Assembly (NCBI GenBank): GCA_028716745.1
Contig: JAQUPE010000004.1
Span: 1-56,848, forward strand
Length of the DNA: 56,848 nt
DNA from: Minisyncoccota bacterium
GTDB lineage: Bacteria; Patescibacteriota; Minisyncoccia; UBA6257; 02-FULL-45-10c
Direction: 5' to 3'
Shown here: positions 25,613-34,475 of the stretch, one piece after another
Numbering within the stretch: the stretch's first letter is position 1
How the letters are laid out: every line of letters starts with the position of its first letter
Program-made: the position numbers and the translations under genes
Notes under the pieces: generated by a model
What the model was told of the DNA's origin: nothing
Seen by the model: the letters and a program-made list of their open reading frames with translations, nothing else
The model's database searches: none

Positions 25613-26416
25613 TTATTTCTGGCGGTATCTCACGGTTACCCATAAGACGTCGTCTTTTTCGAAGATCCCCAGCCCCAGATATCGGGAATTTAAATTTGTG
25701 TAATCCGATTCGGGATTGGTGGACTTTACTTCCTCGCACTTCTGTATCTTGGAGAAAATCTCTTCCGCAATCTGTTCGTGTCCTTTCTTTGACGCGTCTT
25801 TTATGAACATGGTGGTTTCGGAACAGCAGTCGGCTAAAAAAACCGACGGGGCATTTTGCAACTCTTTGAATATTGTTGCCATCGCCCAGCTGTGCCCGAT
25901 TGCCCTCATGCTTTCGGACGTGTGAGGATACATTTCTATATCCTCTTTGGACACGGACTCGCTCCTGAACTTCTTGAATCTCATGGCGTTCATCTTTGAC
26001 CTTAACAAGTCGAGGATTAATATCATCCTCTGGTGGTTCTTGTCGCCTCCTTTCATTTTTAGGCCCTTGTTGGTCACATAGTCTCTCCAGTACTTTGCCA
26101 TGTTTGTGCCTGCGCCTGTGAAGAGGTAGGCGGCGTTGTTCAGATCGATCAGTTCGCTGTTGACCAGATAGGCCATCATCAGCGTCTGAATGTTCAGATC
26201 GTTCATGTCGCCGTGTTCCTCGCAGATCCTGTCGAAGAAAAGCTTGATAGCTTCTTCGATAAGAGGCTTGTCCTTGAGGTACAAAATTGGATAGCAAACC
26301 AATATGACCTCAATGGCTTCTTCGAGGAAAATCTCTTTCTTTTTGAGCAGGCAGATAAGATCCTCTGTCATTTTCTGCGCATGAATTTGCAGCTTATCAA
26401 TGTCTTTGCTGAACAT
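25613..26416 (-). CDS. Hypothetical accessory protein; C-terminal half weakly CAP/SCP-like
   Basis: Start reset to ATG 26416 after SD AGGAG; GC-richer; AIGHSWAMA and RYLGLGIFEKDDVLWVT resemble CAP domain motifs. Confidence 0.6.
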   Translation of the reverse strand: MFSKDIDKLQIHAQKMTEDLICLLKKKEIFLEEAIEVILVCYPILYLKDKPLIEEAIKLFFDRICEEHGDMNDLNIQTLMMAYLVNSELIDLNNAAYLFTGAGTNMAKYWRDYVTNKGLKMKGGDKNHQRMILILDLLRSKMNAMRFKKFRSESVSKEDIEMYPHTSESMRAIGHSWAMATIFKELQNAPSVFLADCCSETTMFIKDASKKGHEQIAEEIFSKIQKCEEVKSTNPESDYTNLNSRYLGLGIFEKDDVLWVTVRYRQK

Positions 26417-26480
26417 GATTTTCTCCTTTTGCATATTTAGTTTTCGAACAGCTTCGCTTCTATTTCCCGTACTTATACTA

Positions 26481-26509
26481 ATAATACCACTGATTTGCTG
26501 TTTTGTCAA
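26481..26509 (-). promoter_or_regulatory. sigma70 promoter (extended -10)
   Basis: Minus strand TTGACA-17 bp-TATTAT with TGn. Confidence 0.7.
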
Positions 26510-26584
26510 TGTAAATTAGGCGGGCATTTGCCTTATGCCTGGTCATTTATGATTGTCGAATCAAATGGTAGTATATTTAATATT

Positions 26585-27337
26585 ATGGGAAAACAAACAA
26601 CTTCTTGGAGCAACTCTGCTGAATGGTATGACAAGCTTTTATCGGAAGAGGGAACTTATCAGAAAGATTTAATTTTGCCTAATTTGCTCCGGCTTATGGA
26701 AATAAAGAAGGGAGAAATAGTTTTGGATTTGGCTTGTGGCCAGGGATTTTTTTCGCGCGAATTTTATAAGAAAGGTGCGCATGTTATTGGCGCGGATATA
26801 TCAAAAAAGCTCATTGATATTGCCAGAAACAAATCTCCCAAGGAAATAAGGTTTGAGGCGGCGCCGGCGGATAATTTGAAATTTTTGCCCAATAAAAGCG
26901 CAAATAAAATTACAGTTGTTTTAGCGATACAGAATATGGAAAATATTACCGGAGTTTTTTCAGAATGCCGGCGCGTTTTAAAGACGGAAGGAAAATTATT
27001 CATTGTAATGAATCACCCGGCTTTCAGGGTTTTGAAAAAGAGCAGCTGGGAATATGACGAAAAAAATAAAGTTCAATATCGCCGTATTGACGAATATATT
27101 TCGGAGTCTAAGGAAAAAATATTGATGCATCCCGGAGAATCGGATGAGAGCACCATATCTTTCCATCGGCCGCTGCAATTTTATTTTAAAGCTCTAAATA
27201 AGGGCGGTTTTTGCGTTTCTCGGCTGGAAGAATGGACTTCCAATAAAAAGAGCCAGCCTGGCCCGCGTTCTGTGGCGGAAAATAAAGCCCGCAAAGAAAT
27301 TCCTTTGTTTTTGTTTATTGAGGCGGTTTCAATATAA
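26585..27337 (+). CDS. Class I SAM-dependent methyltransferase
   Basis: VLDLACGQG, VIGADIS; start reset to ATG 26585. Confidence 0.88.
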   Translation: MGKQTTSWSNSAEWYDKLLSEEGTYQKDLILPNLLRLMEIKKGEIVLDLACGQGFFSREFYKKGAHVIGADISKKLIDIARNKSPKEIRFEAAPADNLKFLPNKSANKITVVLAIQNMENITGVFSECRRVLKTEGKLFIVMNHPAFRVLKKSSWEYDEKNKVQYRRIDEYISESKEKILMHPGESDESTISFHRPLQFYFKALNKGGFCVSRLEEWTSNKKSQPGPRSVAENKARKEIPLFLFIEAVSI

Positions 27338-27344
27338 TAAATTT

Positions 27345-27875
27345 ATGACAATAAAAGGCGAGAAGGTTATTTTGAGATCGTTTAGGCTTAGCGATGCGCC
27401 AAGTTTTGTGCGCTGGCTTAATGATCCTGAAGTGGATAGGTTTTTAAGAGCGGGGGCGAAAAAGATTACGCTGAAAGAGGAAATAAAATGGATTAAGAAT
27501 CTTTCTAAAAAAATAAAAACAGAAAAACATTTTGCCATCGATACTATTCAGGGCAACCTTGTCGGAAGCTGCGGGCTTAGTCTTAGCTTAAAAAATAAAA
27601 ATGCGGTTTTGGGAATTGGAATTGACGATAAAAGATATTGGAATCAGGGCTTGGGCACAGAGGCCACCAAGATGCTTATTGATTATGGATTTAAAAAATT
27701 GAAGCTTCATCGCATAGATTTAAAAGTTTATTCATATAATGGAAGAGCTATTAAAGTTTATAAAAAACTTGGTTTTAAATTTGAAGGAATGCAGCGCGAA
27801 GAAGTTTTTTATAAAGGAAAATATTACGATTTAATTCAAATGGGCCTTTTAAGCAGAGAATGGAAAAGAAAATAA
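27345..27875 (+). CDS. GNAT acetyltransferase, RimJ/RimL family
   Basis: VILRSF, YWNQGLGTEA, LKLHRIDL, N.RAIKVYKKLGFKFEG; start ATG 27345. Confidence 0.9.
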   Translation: MTIKGEKVILRSFRLSDAPSFVRWLNDPEVDRFLRAGAKKITLKEEIKWIKNLSKKIKTEKHFAIDTIQGNLVGSCGLSLSLKNKNAVLGIGIDDKRYWNQGLGTEATKMLIDYGFKKLKLHRIDLKVYSYNGRAIKVYKKLGFKFEGMQREEVFYKGKYYDLIQMGLLSREWKRK

Positions 27876-29509
27876 AATATTTATTGATTGCGATTTTAAT
27901 TGTCGCCGCTTTTTTGCGAATCGGCTGGCTTTCGCAGGGCGATACATTAAACGATGAAGTTTTTTACGCTTTTCGCGCTGTTGGGTTAGTTGATTTTGAT
28001 GAAGCGCAAGTGCAGACAACGCCGCTGGAATGGTTTGATCCGAATATTCCGTCTTGGACCAAGCTTTCTTTTCATGACGCTCCGCCGCTGGTTTTTTGGA
28101 TACAGCACTTTTCGATGAAAATTTTCGGAGAATCCAATTTTGGATTTAGGATTTCTTCGGCTCTGTTTGGGATAGCCTCGGTTTATCTGGTTTATCTAAT
28201 AGGTTTAATGCTTTTTTCCAAGCGCGCCGGTTTGCTGGCTGCGGCGGTTTCCGCCGTAACTATAAGCAGTGTTTATATTTCCCGCGTGGGCATGCTGGAA
28301 TCTTATCTGATATTTTTTATGTTGTTGGCGGTTTATTTTTTCATACGCTCATTGAAAGAGGATAAATATTTGATATGGACCGGAGCGGCAATAGGGCTTG
28401 GTCTTCTTGCAAAATACAATATGTTTATTATGGTTCCGGCGTTTTTCACTTATCTCGCATTTTATAAACGCGGATATTTTTTAAATAAAAAATTATGGCT
28501 TGGCGCCTTGCTTGCGCTGGTTATTTTCAGCCCGGTAATAATCTATAATATCCAGCTTTATCGGACAGTCGGACATTTTGATTTTCAGATTTCGTCTATA
28601 GTGGGCCAAAATCCGCCGGAGTGGCAAAATATGCCCGGAAAACAGATCGGCACATTATGGGAGAGAGTTTTTAATTTAATTCCGCGGGCAATTGCGTCTT
28701 TTTCTTGGATATTTTTGGCGTTGTTCGCCCTGTCAAAGATTTCAATTCTTATTTCCGTTGTTAAAAATTTCAAAGAAATTTTTAAAAAATATGCGCTTCT
28801 GTTTTTTATAATTTTCTGGCTTTTTATTTTATTAATATTTTTCATCGGAACATTTTACAGATTTTTGATAATGTTTTCTCCGTTTATGGCGTTGGCTATT
28901 GCCGCTGTTTTGGATTCAGTAGGCGATAAAGTCCCGAAAAAAATCGGCTATGCTTTCCTTGCGGTATTTTTAGCATTTGAAATGTTTTATTCAATAAATA
29001 ATCAGATTTTATATTATCCAATCGGTCCGACGCCGTGGGTTGCCAATGATATTCGCAATGAAAATTATAATTTGGGATATAACCAGCTCGGCGATTATTT
29101 TAATAATGAACTGAAAGGGAAAGTTCCGGCGCTGTCTTTTGATATGAAATATAAGTTTTTGAATGACTTGCGCGACAAAGCTTTGGCTGATGGAGAAAAT
29201 AAAGGATCGGAATTATATCCGGCATTGATTGTTTTTAGCGACAATCTTCAACGCGGAGCGCGGCTTTGGGCGCTGGATAGGCTTCATATATATCATGCGT
29301 GGCCGATTATCAGCACAGAAACCTACAAGCAGTATTTGAAAGAAAGCGGAGCTGATTTTTATAATAAGGCGGGATTTAAGAACTTTTACTTTATTACAAA
29401 AGCTGGCGCGGTTCCTGACGCCGAGCTCTCTGATTTAATGAAGGGAAAAACTGAAACAATTTATAATCTTGGGGGAGAGCAAGCCTTTTTGATTTATAAA
29501 TTTCAATAA
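27860..29509 (+). CDS. ArnT/PMT-like (GT83/GT39) GT-C glycosyltransferase
   Basis: NDEVFYA, FHDAPPLVFW, FRISSALFG, SRVGMLES, LLAKYN; multi-TM. Confidence 0.85.
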   Translation: MEKKIKYLLIAILIVAAFLRIGWLSQGDTLNDEVFYAFRAVGLVDFDEAQVQTTPLEWFDPNIPSWTKLSFHDAPPLVFWIQHFSMKIFGESNFGFRISSALFGIASVYLVYLIGLMLFSKRAGLLAAAVSAVTISSVYISRVGMLESYLIFFMLLAVYFFIRSLKEDKYLIWTGAAIGLGLLAKYNMFIMVPAFFTYLAFYKRGYFLNKKLWLGALLALVIFSPVIIYNIQLYRTVGHFDFQISSIVGQNPPEWQNMPGKQIGTLWERVFNLIPRAIASFSWIFLALFALSKISILISVVKNFKEIFKKYALLFFIIFWLFILLIFFIGTFYRFLIMFSPFMALAIAAVLDSVGDKVPKKIGYAFLAVFLAFEMFYSINNQILYYPIGPTPWVANDIRNENYNLGYNQLGDYFNNELKGKVPALSFDMKYKFLNDLRDKALADGENKGSELYPALIVFSDNLQRGARLWALDRLHIYHAWPIISTETYKQYLKESGADFYNKAGFKNFYFITKAGAVPDAELSDLMKGKTETIYNLGGEQAFLIYKFQ

Positions 29510-29539
29510 AAATAAAAAATAGAGTTTTAGTCCGGCAAA

Positions 29540-29568
29540 TTGACAATGAGGTAGCGGCGTTCTACCAT
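29540..29568 (+). promoter_or_regulatory. sigma70 promoter
   Basis: TTGACA-17 bp-TACCAT upstream of 29603. Confidence 0.6.
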
Positions 29569-29602
29569 TCTCTTAGTATTTTAATAATAAGGGGGTATCT
29601 AA

Positions 29603-29803
29603 ATGATGAGATTGTTGAGGGGAACCATAAATTTTCTGGACGTTTCTTTAACGATTGCTGTAGCGATCGTTTCGATAGTGGTTCTGGCGGCATGGTATAC
29701 ATTCGCGATAATCACTGTGGCCGTTAAATTGCCGATCATATCTGTTTTGACGGTGCTGTTTTTAATTTTTCTTTACCAGAGGGGGCACGTGATGCTTCAT
29801 TAA
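29603..29803 (+). CDS. Small hydrophobic membrane protein
   Basis: SD AAGGGGG, two hydrophobic segments. Confidence 0.55.
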   Translation: MMRLLRGTINFLDVSLTIAVAIVSIVVLAAWYTFAIITVAVKLPIISVLTVLFLIFLYQRGHVMLH

Positions 29804-29814
29804 ATGGAGGGCGG

Positions 29815-30123
29815 ATGAAAAGAGGAGGAAAGAAAACTTCCTGGGTACGTATGGCGCTGATTGGATTAATCATCCTCGCGTCTCTTACCTATAAGGCTCC
29901 GGGGGTTTGGCTAGCCTGGTTTGTCACCCACAAGATAATCTGGACAATCTTGGTGACTGCGGGAGAGATAATTCTGGCGATTGTTTTTTATAATCGCGCG
30001 GTTAAATTTCTCGGGAAATTCTCGCATTTCATCAGAATTCAGAGTTTTTTCCGGCGGAGAATGTTTGGGATTATCAAGTCCGTCTGGAGATTTAAAATCT
30101 TGATTAAGCGAAAGTTTGTTTGA
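29815..30123 (+). CDS. Small membrane protein
   Basis: SD GGAGGG, two TMs, basic tail; followed by a terminator. Confidence 0.55.
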   Translation: MKRGGKKTSWVRMALIGLIILASLTYKAPGVWLAWFVTHKIIWTILVTAGEIILAIVFYNRAVKFLGKFSHFIRIQSFFRRRMFGIIKSVWRFKILIKRKFV

Positions 30124-30157
30124 GAGCTCTTGTGTGCGAAACACAGAGCTCTTTTTT
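30124..30157 (+). terminator. Intrinsic terminator
   Basis: GAGCTCT..TGTG-cgaaa-CAC..AGAGCTC plus T run. Confidence 0.7.
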
Positions 30158-30194
30158 ATTTTGTTAAGTCGGTAAAAGCTGGTAAGATATATTT

Positions 30195-30953
30195 ATGTCT
30201 AAATATTATACAGTGCCAAAAACAAGAGGAATTTTTGACCCGAAGTCCAGCGAGCCTTTTAAAGTCAGCCGTTCTAAAATAGATTTATTTTTAAACTGCC
30301 CGCGTTGTTTTTATATGGACAGGCGTCTTGGCGTTGGTCAGCCGCCCGGATATCCTTTTAGTTTAAATTCGGCTGTAGATGCTTTGCTCAAAAAAGAATT
30401 TGATATTCATCGCGCAAATGGAACGGCTCATCCGTTTATGAAAACTTATGGAATTGATGCGGTTCCTTTTCAGCACGAAAAGATGGATGAGTGGCGGGAC
30501 GCGCTCGGAGGTGGAATAAGATTTTTGCACGAGCCGACTAATTTGCTGATTACCGGAGGCGTTGATGACATCTGGGTTAATCCAAAAGGAGAATTAATAA
30601 TTGTTGATTACAAAGCAACTTCAAAAAAAGATGAAGTTAGTTTGGATGCGGAGTGGCAAATCGGATATAAAAGGCAAGTAGAGGTTTATCAGTGGCTTTT
30701 CAGGCAGAACGGATTTAAAGTTTTTGATACGGCATATTTTGTTTATTGCAACGGCGATGCGGATAAAGAAGCTTTTGACGGTAAATTAGAGTTTGATGTT
30801 TCTGTTTTGCCGTATAAAGGCGATGATAGCTGGATTGAGAAAACAATTTTAGATATGAAAGAGTGCTTAATAAGCGAAGAAATTCCAAATTCAGGAAATG
30901 ATTGCGATTATTGCAAATATCGCGAAGCAGCGAGGTTAGTTGAGAAAAAATAA
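30195..30953 (+). CDS. PD-(D/E)XK nuclease family protein
   Basis: SRSKIDLFLNCPRCFY, GGVDD, IIVDYK, QVEVYQW, CDYC. Confidence 0.88.
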   Translation: MSKYYTVPKTRGIFDPKSSEPFKVSRSKIDLFLNCPRCFYMDRRLGVGQPPGYPFSLNSAVDALLKKEFDIHRANGTAHPFMKTYGIDAVPFQHEKMDEWRDALGGGIRFLHEPTNLLITGGVDDIWVNPKGELIIVDYKATSKKDEVSLDAEWQIGYKRQVEVYQWLFRQNGFKVFDTAYFVYCNGDADKEAFDGKLEFDVSVLPYKGDDSWIEKTILDMKECLISEEIPNSGNDCDYCKYREAARLVEKK

Positions 30954-31011
30954 TTTTTGAAAAAATTTTTAAAAAATTCCGCCATTGGCGGATTTTTTAA
31001 TTTTTTTGAAG

Positions 31012-31020
31012 TTATCCACA
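31012..31020 (+). promoter_or_regulatory. Single perfect DnaA box
   Basis: TTATCCACA, intergenic. Confidence 0.45.
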
Positions 31021-31117
31021 GAAAAGACATAGACAGTTGAGTTAAATTGATTGAGAATTAAAGTAGAGATTAAGTTTTTTAGATAAAGGTCGCAAAATTT
31101 TTTTAAAAAATAAAAAA

Positions 31118-31186
31118 ATGGCGAAGAAAAAAGCGAAAAAAAAGGCGAAGAAAGCGAAAAAATCCAAAAAATCCAGAAGAAGATAA
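31118..31186 (+). CDS. 22-aa Lys/Ala/Arg-rich peptide MAKKKAKKKAKKAKKSKKSRRR
   Basis: ATG 31118 to TAA 31186, absent from the ORF track; followed by hairpin GACCCC-aatgt-GGGGTT plus T run. Confidence 0.55.
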   Translation: MAKKKAKKKAKKAKKSKKSRRR

Positions 31187-31293
31187 GCTTTCTCGATGAA
31201 AATCTCCAAAGACCCCAATGTGGGGTTTTTGGTTCAAATAGCCCCTATAAGCGGGGCGTTTATTTTTTAAGGGAGATGGGGTAAAATTTAGCC

Positions 31294-31635
31294 ATGATAA
31301 ATTACGATGAATTTTCAAAAGTTGATTTAAGAACTGGGAAAATACTTGAGGCGGAGAGGGTTGAGGGATCGGATAAGCTTATTAAAATGAAAGTTGATTT
31401 TGGAAGTGCCGAAATTGATGAGCCTAAGATCCGCCAGATAATTGCCGGTATCGGAAAAGCCTACGAGCCGGAAAATTTAATCGGTAGGCAGGCAATTTTT
31501 GTTGTTAATTTAGAACCAAGAAGTTTAATGGGCCTAGAAAGCCAGGGGATGATTTTGGCGGCGACAAACGAAGATGGTTTGCCGGTTATTTTAATGCCGG
31601 AGAAAGAAGTTGGAACAGGGAGCAAAATAAAGTAA
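31294..31635 (+). CDS. Stand-alone tRNA-binding OB domain (MetG C-terminal/CsaA/Trbp111-like)
   Basis: FSKVDLRTGKI, GSDKLI, RQIIAGI, VNLEPRSLMGLESQGMILAA. Confidence 0.9.
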   Translation: MINYDEFSKVDLRTGKILEAERVEGSDKLIKMKVDFGSAEIDEPKIRQIIAGIGKAYEPENLIGRQAIFVVNLEPRSLMGLESQGMILAATNEDGLPVILMPEKEVGTGSKIK

Positions 31636-31643
31636 GATAATAA

Positions 31644-31718
31644 TATGCCAGGCAGTGAAAATTCGATTGCTGCCGCGGCAGATAAATATAATTAATCGAA
31701 TTTCTACTGCCTGGTATG
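31644..31718 (+). repeat. TATG-flanked inverted-repeat element, copy 2 (67-bp core 31648-31714)
   Basis: TATG-CCAGGCAGT GAAAATTCGATT gctgccgcggcagataaatataatt AATCGAATTTCT ACTGCCTGG-TATG; the right-hand ATG is the dut start. Confidence 0.9.
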
Positions 31719-32141
31719 AAAATCAAAATTAAAAAACTTCATCCGGATGCGAAAGTTCCGAAATTCGCCAAAAAAAGCGATGCCGGAATGGATTTATTTT
31801 CATTGAATGAACATATAATACAGCCCGATCAAATTGTTTTAATAAATACTGGTATTGCCATGGAAATTCCCGAGGGTCATGTCGGTTTGATTTGGGACAA
31901 GAGCGGACTTTCCACTAAGGCTGGAGTTAAAACATTGGCAGGAGTTATTGATGCGGGATATCGCGGAGATGTTACAGTTTGTCTAATCAATCTTTCAAAA
32001 GAAGAATGCCATATCGAAAAAGGAGTTAAGGTGGCGCAGATTTTAATTCAAAAAATAGAACAGCCGGAAATAGAAGAGGCCGAAGAATTATCGGAAACAG
32101 ACAGAGGCGCGGGGGGATTTGGTTCAACTGGGCATAAATAA
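31716..32141 (+). CDS. dut: dUTP diphosphatase
   Basis: DAGMD, DKSGL, GVIDAGYRG, VAQ, RGAGGFGSTG. Confidence 0.95.
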   Translation: MKIKIKKLHPDAKVPKFAKKSDAGMDLFSLNEHIIQPDQIVLINTGIAMEIPEGHVGLIWDKSGLSTKAGVKTLAGVIDAGYRGDVTVCLINLSKEECHIEKGVKVAQILIQKIEQPEIEEAEELSETDRGAGGFGSTGHK

Positions 32142-32143
32142 TT

Positions 32144-32169
32144 AAAACGGGCATAAAAAGCCCGTTTTT
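32144..32169 (+). terminator. Intrinsic terminator
   Basis: AAAACGGGC-ataaaaa-GCCCGTTTT. Confidence 0.7.
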
Positions 32170-32183
32170 GTTATATTAGAATT

Positions 32184-33323
32184 ATGCTCGAATTTAAAAT
32201 CCTCAAAAAATCAAAAAAGAGCAAAGCCCGCGTGGGTATTCTTAAGACCGAACATGGCCTCGTTGAAACTCCTACATTAGTACCGGTTGCGACGCAGGGA
32301 ACGGTTAAGGCTTTAACTAACGAGGAAGTTTTGGGAACCAAGACGCAGATTTTAATTGCGAACACATATCATCTCCATTTAAAGCCCGGAGAAGATATTG
32401 TGAAAAAAGGAGGAGGACTGCATAAATTTATGAATTGGCAGGCGCCGCTTATGACCGATTCGGGCGGTTTTCAGGTTTTCAGTTTGGGATTTGGACAGGA
32501 TTACGGAATGGGTAAATTATTGAAGGAAAAATCCGATGCCGAAGTGGTTATCGGCCAGCAGCCGAAGCTTTTGAAAATTACTCCGGACGGAGTTTGGTTC
32601 CGTTCAATTGTTGATGGCAGAAAGATTTTTATGGGCCCGAAAGAGTCAATGAAGATACAGGAAACATTGGGCGCTGATATAATTTTTGCTTTTGACGAAT
32701 GCACTCCGCCTATTGCCGATCATGAATATACGAAGAAATCTCTTCTTAAAACCCATCGCTGGGCGGAAATTTGCCTTAAAGAGAAAAAGAATAAAAAACA
32801 GGCGCTATTTGGCATAGTACAGGGAGGGAAGTTTAAGGACTTGCGTATAGAGAGCGCTAAGTTTATTGGTTCGTTGCCGTTTGATGGCTTTGGAATTGGC
32901 GGAGAATTCGGCGACGACAAGAAGATAATGGAAAAAATGATTGGCTGGGTAAATAGCGAATTACCGGAAGAAAAACCCCGTCATCTTTTAGGCATCGGCC
33001 ATCCGGAAGATATTATTCCTATTATAAAAGCCGGTGTTGATACTTTTGATTGTACTGCACCAACACATTATGCCCGTCGTGGAATTGCCTTCACCTCAAA
33101 AGGCAGAGTAGATTTGAGAAAATCGGCATTTGCCAAAGATCAGAAGCCGGTTGATAAAAATTGCGATTGCCCGGTTTGCCGGGACTATACTCGTTCTTAT
33201 ATCCATCATCTTTTGAAGGCTAGAGAAATAACTCCTTTGAGATTGCTTTCTTTTCACAATTTATATTTCTTCAATTCCTTTATTGAAAAAGTAAGAGAAG
33301 ATATTAAAAATGGAAAAATTTAG
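32184..33323 (+). CDS. tgt: tRNA-guanine transglycosylase
   Basis: ANTYHLHL, MTDSGGFQVFSL, FDEC, FGIVQGG, PRHLLGIG, CDCPVC..H zinc site. Confidence 0.95.
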   Translation: MLEFKILKKSKKSKARVGILKTEHGLVETPTLVPVATQGTVKALTNEEVLGTKTQILIANTYHLHLKPGEDIVKKGGGLHKFMNWQAPLMTDSGGFQVFSLGFGQDYGMGKLLKEKSDAEVVIGQQPKLLKITPDGVWFRSIVDGRKIFMGPKESMKIQETLGADIIFAFDECTPPIADHEYTKKSLLKTHRWAEICLKEKKNKKQALFGIVQGGKFKDLRIESAKFIGSLPFDGFGIGGEFGDDKKIMEKMIGWVNSELPEEKPRHLLGIGHPEDIIPIIKAGVDTFDCTAPTHYARRGIAFTSKGRVDLRKSAFAKDQKPVDKNCDCPVCRDYTRSYIHHLLKAREITPLRLLSFHNLYFFNSFIEKVREDIKNGKI

Positions 33324-34407
33324 TAGAGTTTTACACGATTATAATTATGAAGTTTCCCCGGAGCTGATAGCTCAAAAGCCGGCATCGCCTCGGGATAGCG
33401 CCAAGCTTTTGATTTTTCATAAAAAAACCGGAAAGGTTAATTACGATATTTTTCGCAACATTATTAAATATTTGCCGCCTAAAGCGGTTTTAGTTTTTAA
33501 TCAGACAAAAGTTATTCCGGCTCGTTTAGAAGTTACAAAGCAAATTACTGGCGGAAAAGCGCGGATTTTATATTTGGAAACAATTGGAGATAAAATAAAA
33601 GTTATGACAGACAGATTCTTGCCTATCGGAATAAAAGTTTTTGTAGATCAAAAATTATTTTTTACCGTTGAGGGCCAGCAAGAGAAATATTATTTTTTGA
33701 AGCCATCGTTTCCGTTGAAGAATATTTATAATGTTTTGGAAAAATACGGAAAGACTCCGATTCCGCCATATATAAAGAATTCTCCTCTTTCGGAAAATCA
33801 ATTAAGAAAAGAATATCAGGCGATTTTTGCCAAAACAAAAGGATCTGTCGCTGCGCCTACTGCCTCGCTTCATTTTACGAAACAGCTTCTGAAAAAAATA
33901 AAAAAGGCGGGAATTGATATAAAATTTTCCACTTTACATGTAGGGCTTGGAACATTTGCGCCTCTTACTGAAGAAAATATCGAAAGCGGGAAATTGCATA
34001 ACGAATATTATGAAATAGACAAAAAGACTGCGGGTTTTTTGAATAAGGCCAAGAAGCAGGGGAGGCCGGTTATCGCCGTCGGCACCACTGTTGTTCGTAC
34101 ACTTGAATCGTCTGTCTCGGGAAATAGCCTTAAAAGGCTGTCCGGCGGAACTGATTTATTCATAAAAGACGGCTATAAATTTGGGTTTATAGACGGCATT
34201 ATTACCAACTTTCATGTCCCTCAATCCAGCTTATTAATGCTAATCTCTGCATTTATGGGTTTTCGTCCCAAGTCTTTATCTTTGGGCCGGACAAGCGGTC
34301 AGGCGAAAAAATATTCTGGCAGAAAGAAATTGCTGGAGCTCTATAAAAAAGCCGCCGCCAAAAAGTTCAGATTCTTTTCTTTCGGCGACGGAATGCTAAT
34401 TTACTAA
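33310..34407 (+). CDS. queA: SAM:tRNA ribosyltransferase-isomerase QueA
   Basis: IAQKPA, VFNQTKVIPARL, PIPPYI, GSVAAPTASLHF, TLHVGLGTF, AVGTTVVRTLES, TNFHVP, FRFFSFGDGM. Confidence 0.96.
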   Translation: MEKFSRVLHDYNYEVSPELIAQKPASPRDSAKLLIFHKKTGKVNYDIFRNIIKYLPPKAVLVFNQTKVIPARLEVTKQITGGKARILYLETIGDKIKVMTDRFLPIGIKVFVDQKLFFTVEGQQEKYYFLKPSFPLKNIYNVLEKYGKTPIPPYIKNSPLSENQLRKEYQAIFAKTKGSVAAPTASLHFTKQLLKKIKKAGIDIKFSTLHVGLGTFAPLTEENIESGKLHNEYYEIDKKTAGFLNKAKKQGRPVIAVGTTVVRTLESSVSGNSLKRLSGGTDLFIKDGYKFGFIDGIITNFHVPQSSLLMLISAFMGFRPKSLSLGRTSGQAKKYSGRKKLLELYKKAAAKKFRFFSFGDGMLIY

Positions 34408-34437
34408 ATTTTTACCAAAAATCCCCAGCCCTAAACC

Positions 34438-34473
34438 TGTATATTATATGTTACAATTATCATATACTATACA
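34438..34473 (-). repeat. 36-bp palindromic site A
   Basis: Minus strand TGTATAGTATATG-ATAATTGTAA-CATATAATATACA; just beyond the stop of the PaaX-like gene. Confidence 0.9.
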
Positions 34474-34475
34474 AC

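Noticed and set aside
25551-26297. 248-aa minus-strand ORF and other long alternative or antisense ORFs (10701-11333, 11614-12213, 20658-21179, 21255-21839)
   Set aside because: These are shadow frames over better-supported genes, with no start signals or motifs; they are expected in GC-richer or repetitive coding DNA.
31012-31020. Replication origin
   Set aside because: Only one DnaA box was seen, with no cluster and no dnaA/dnaN nearby.
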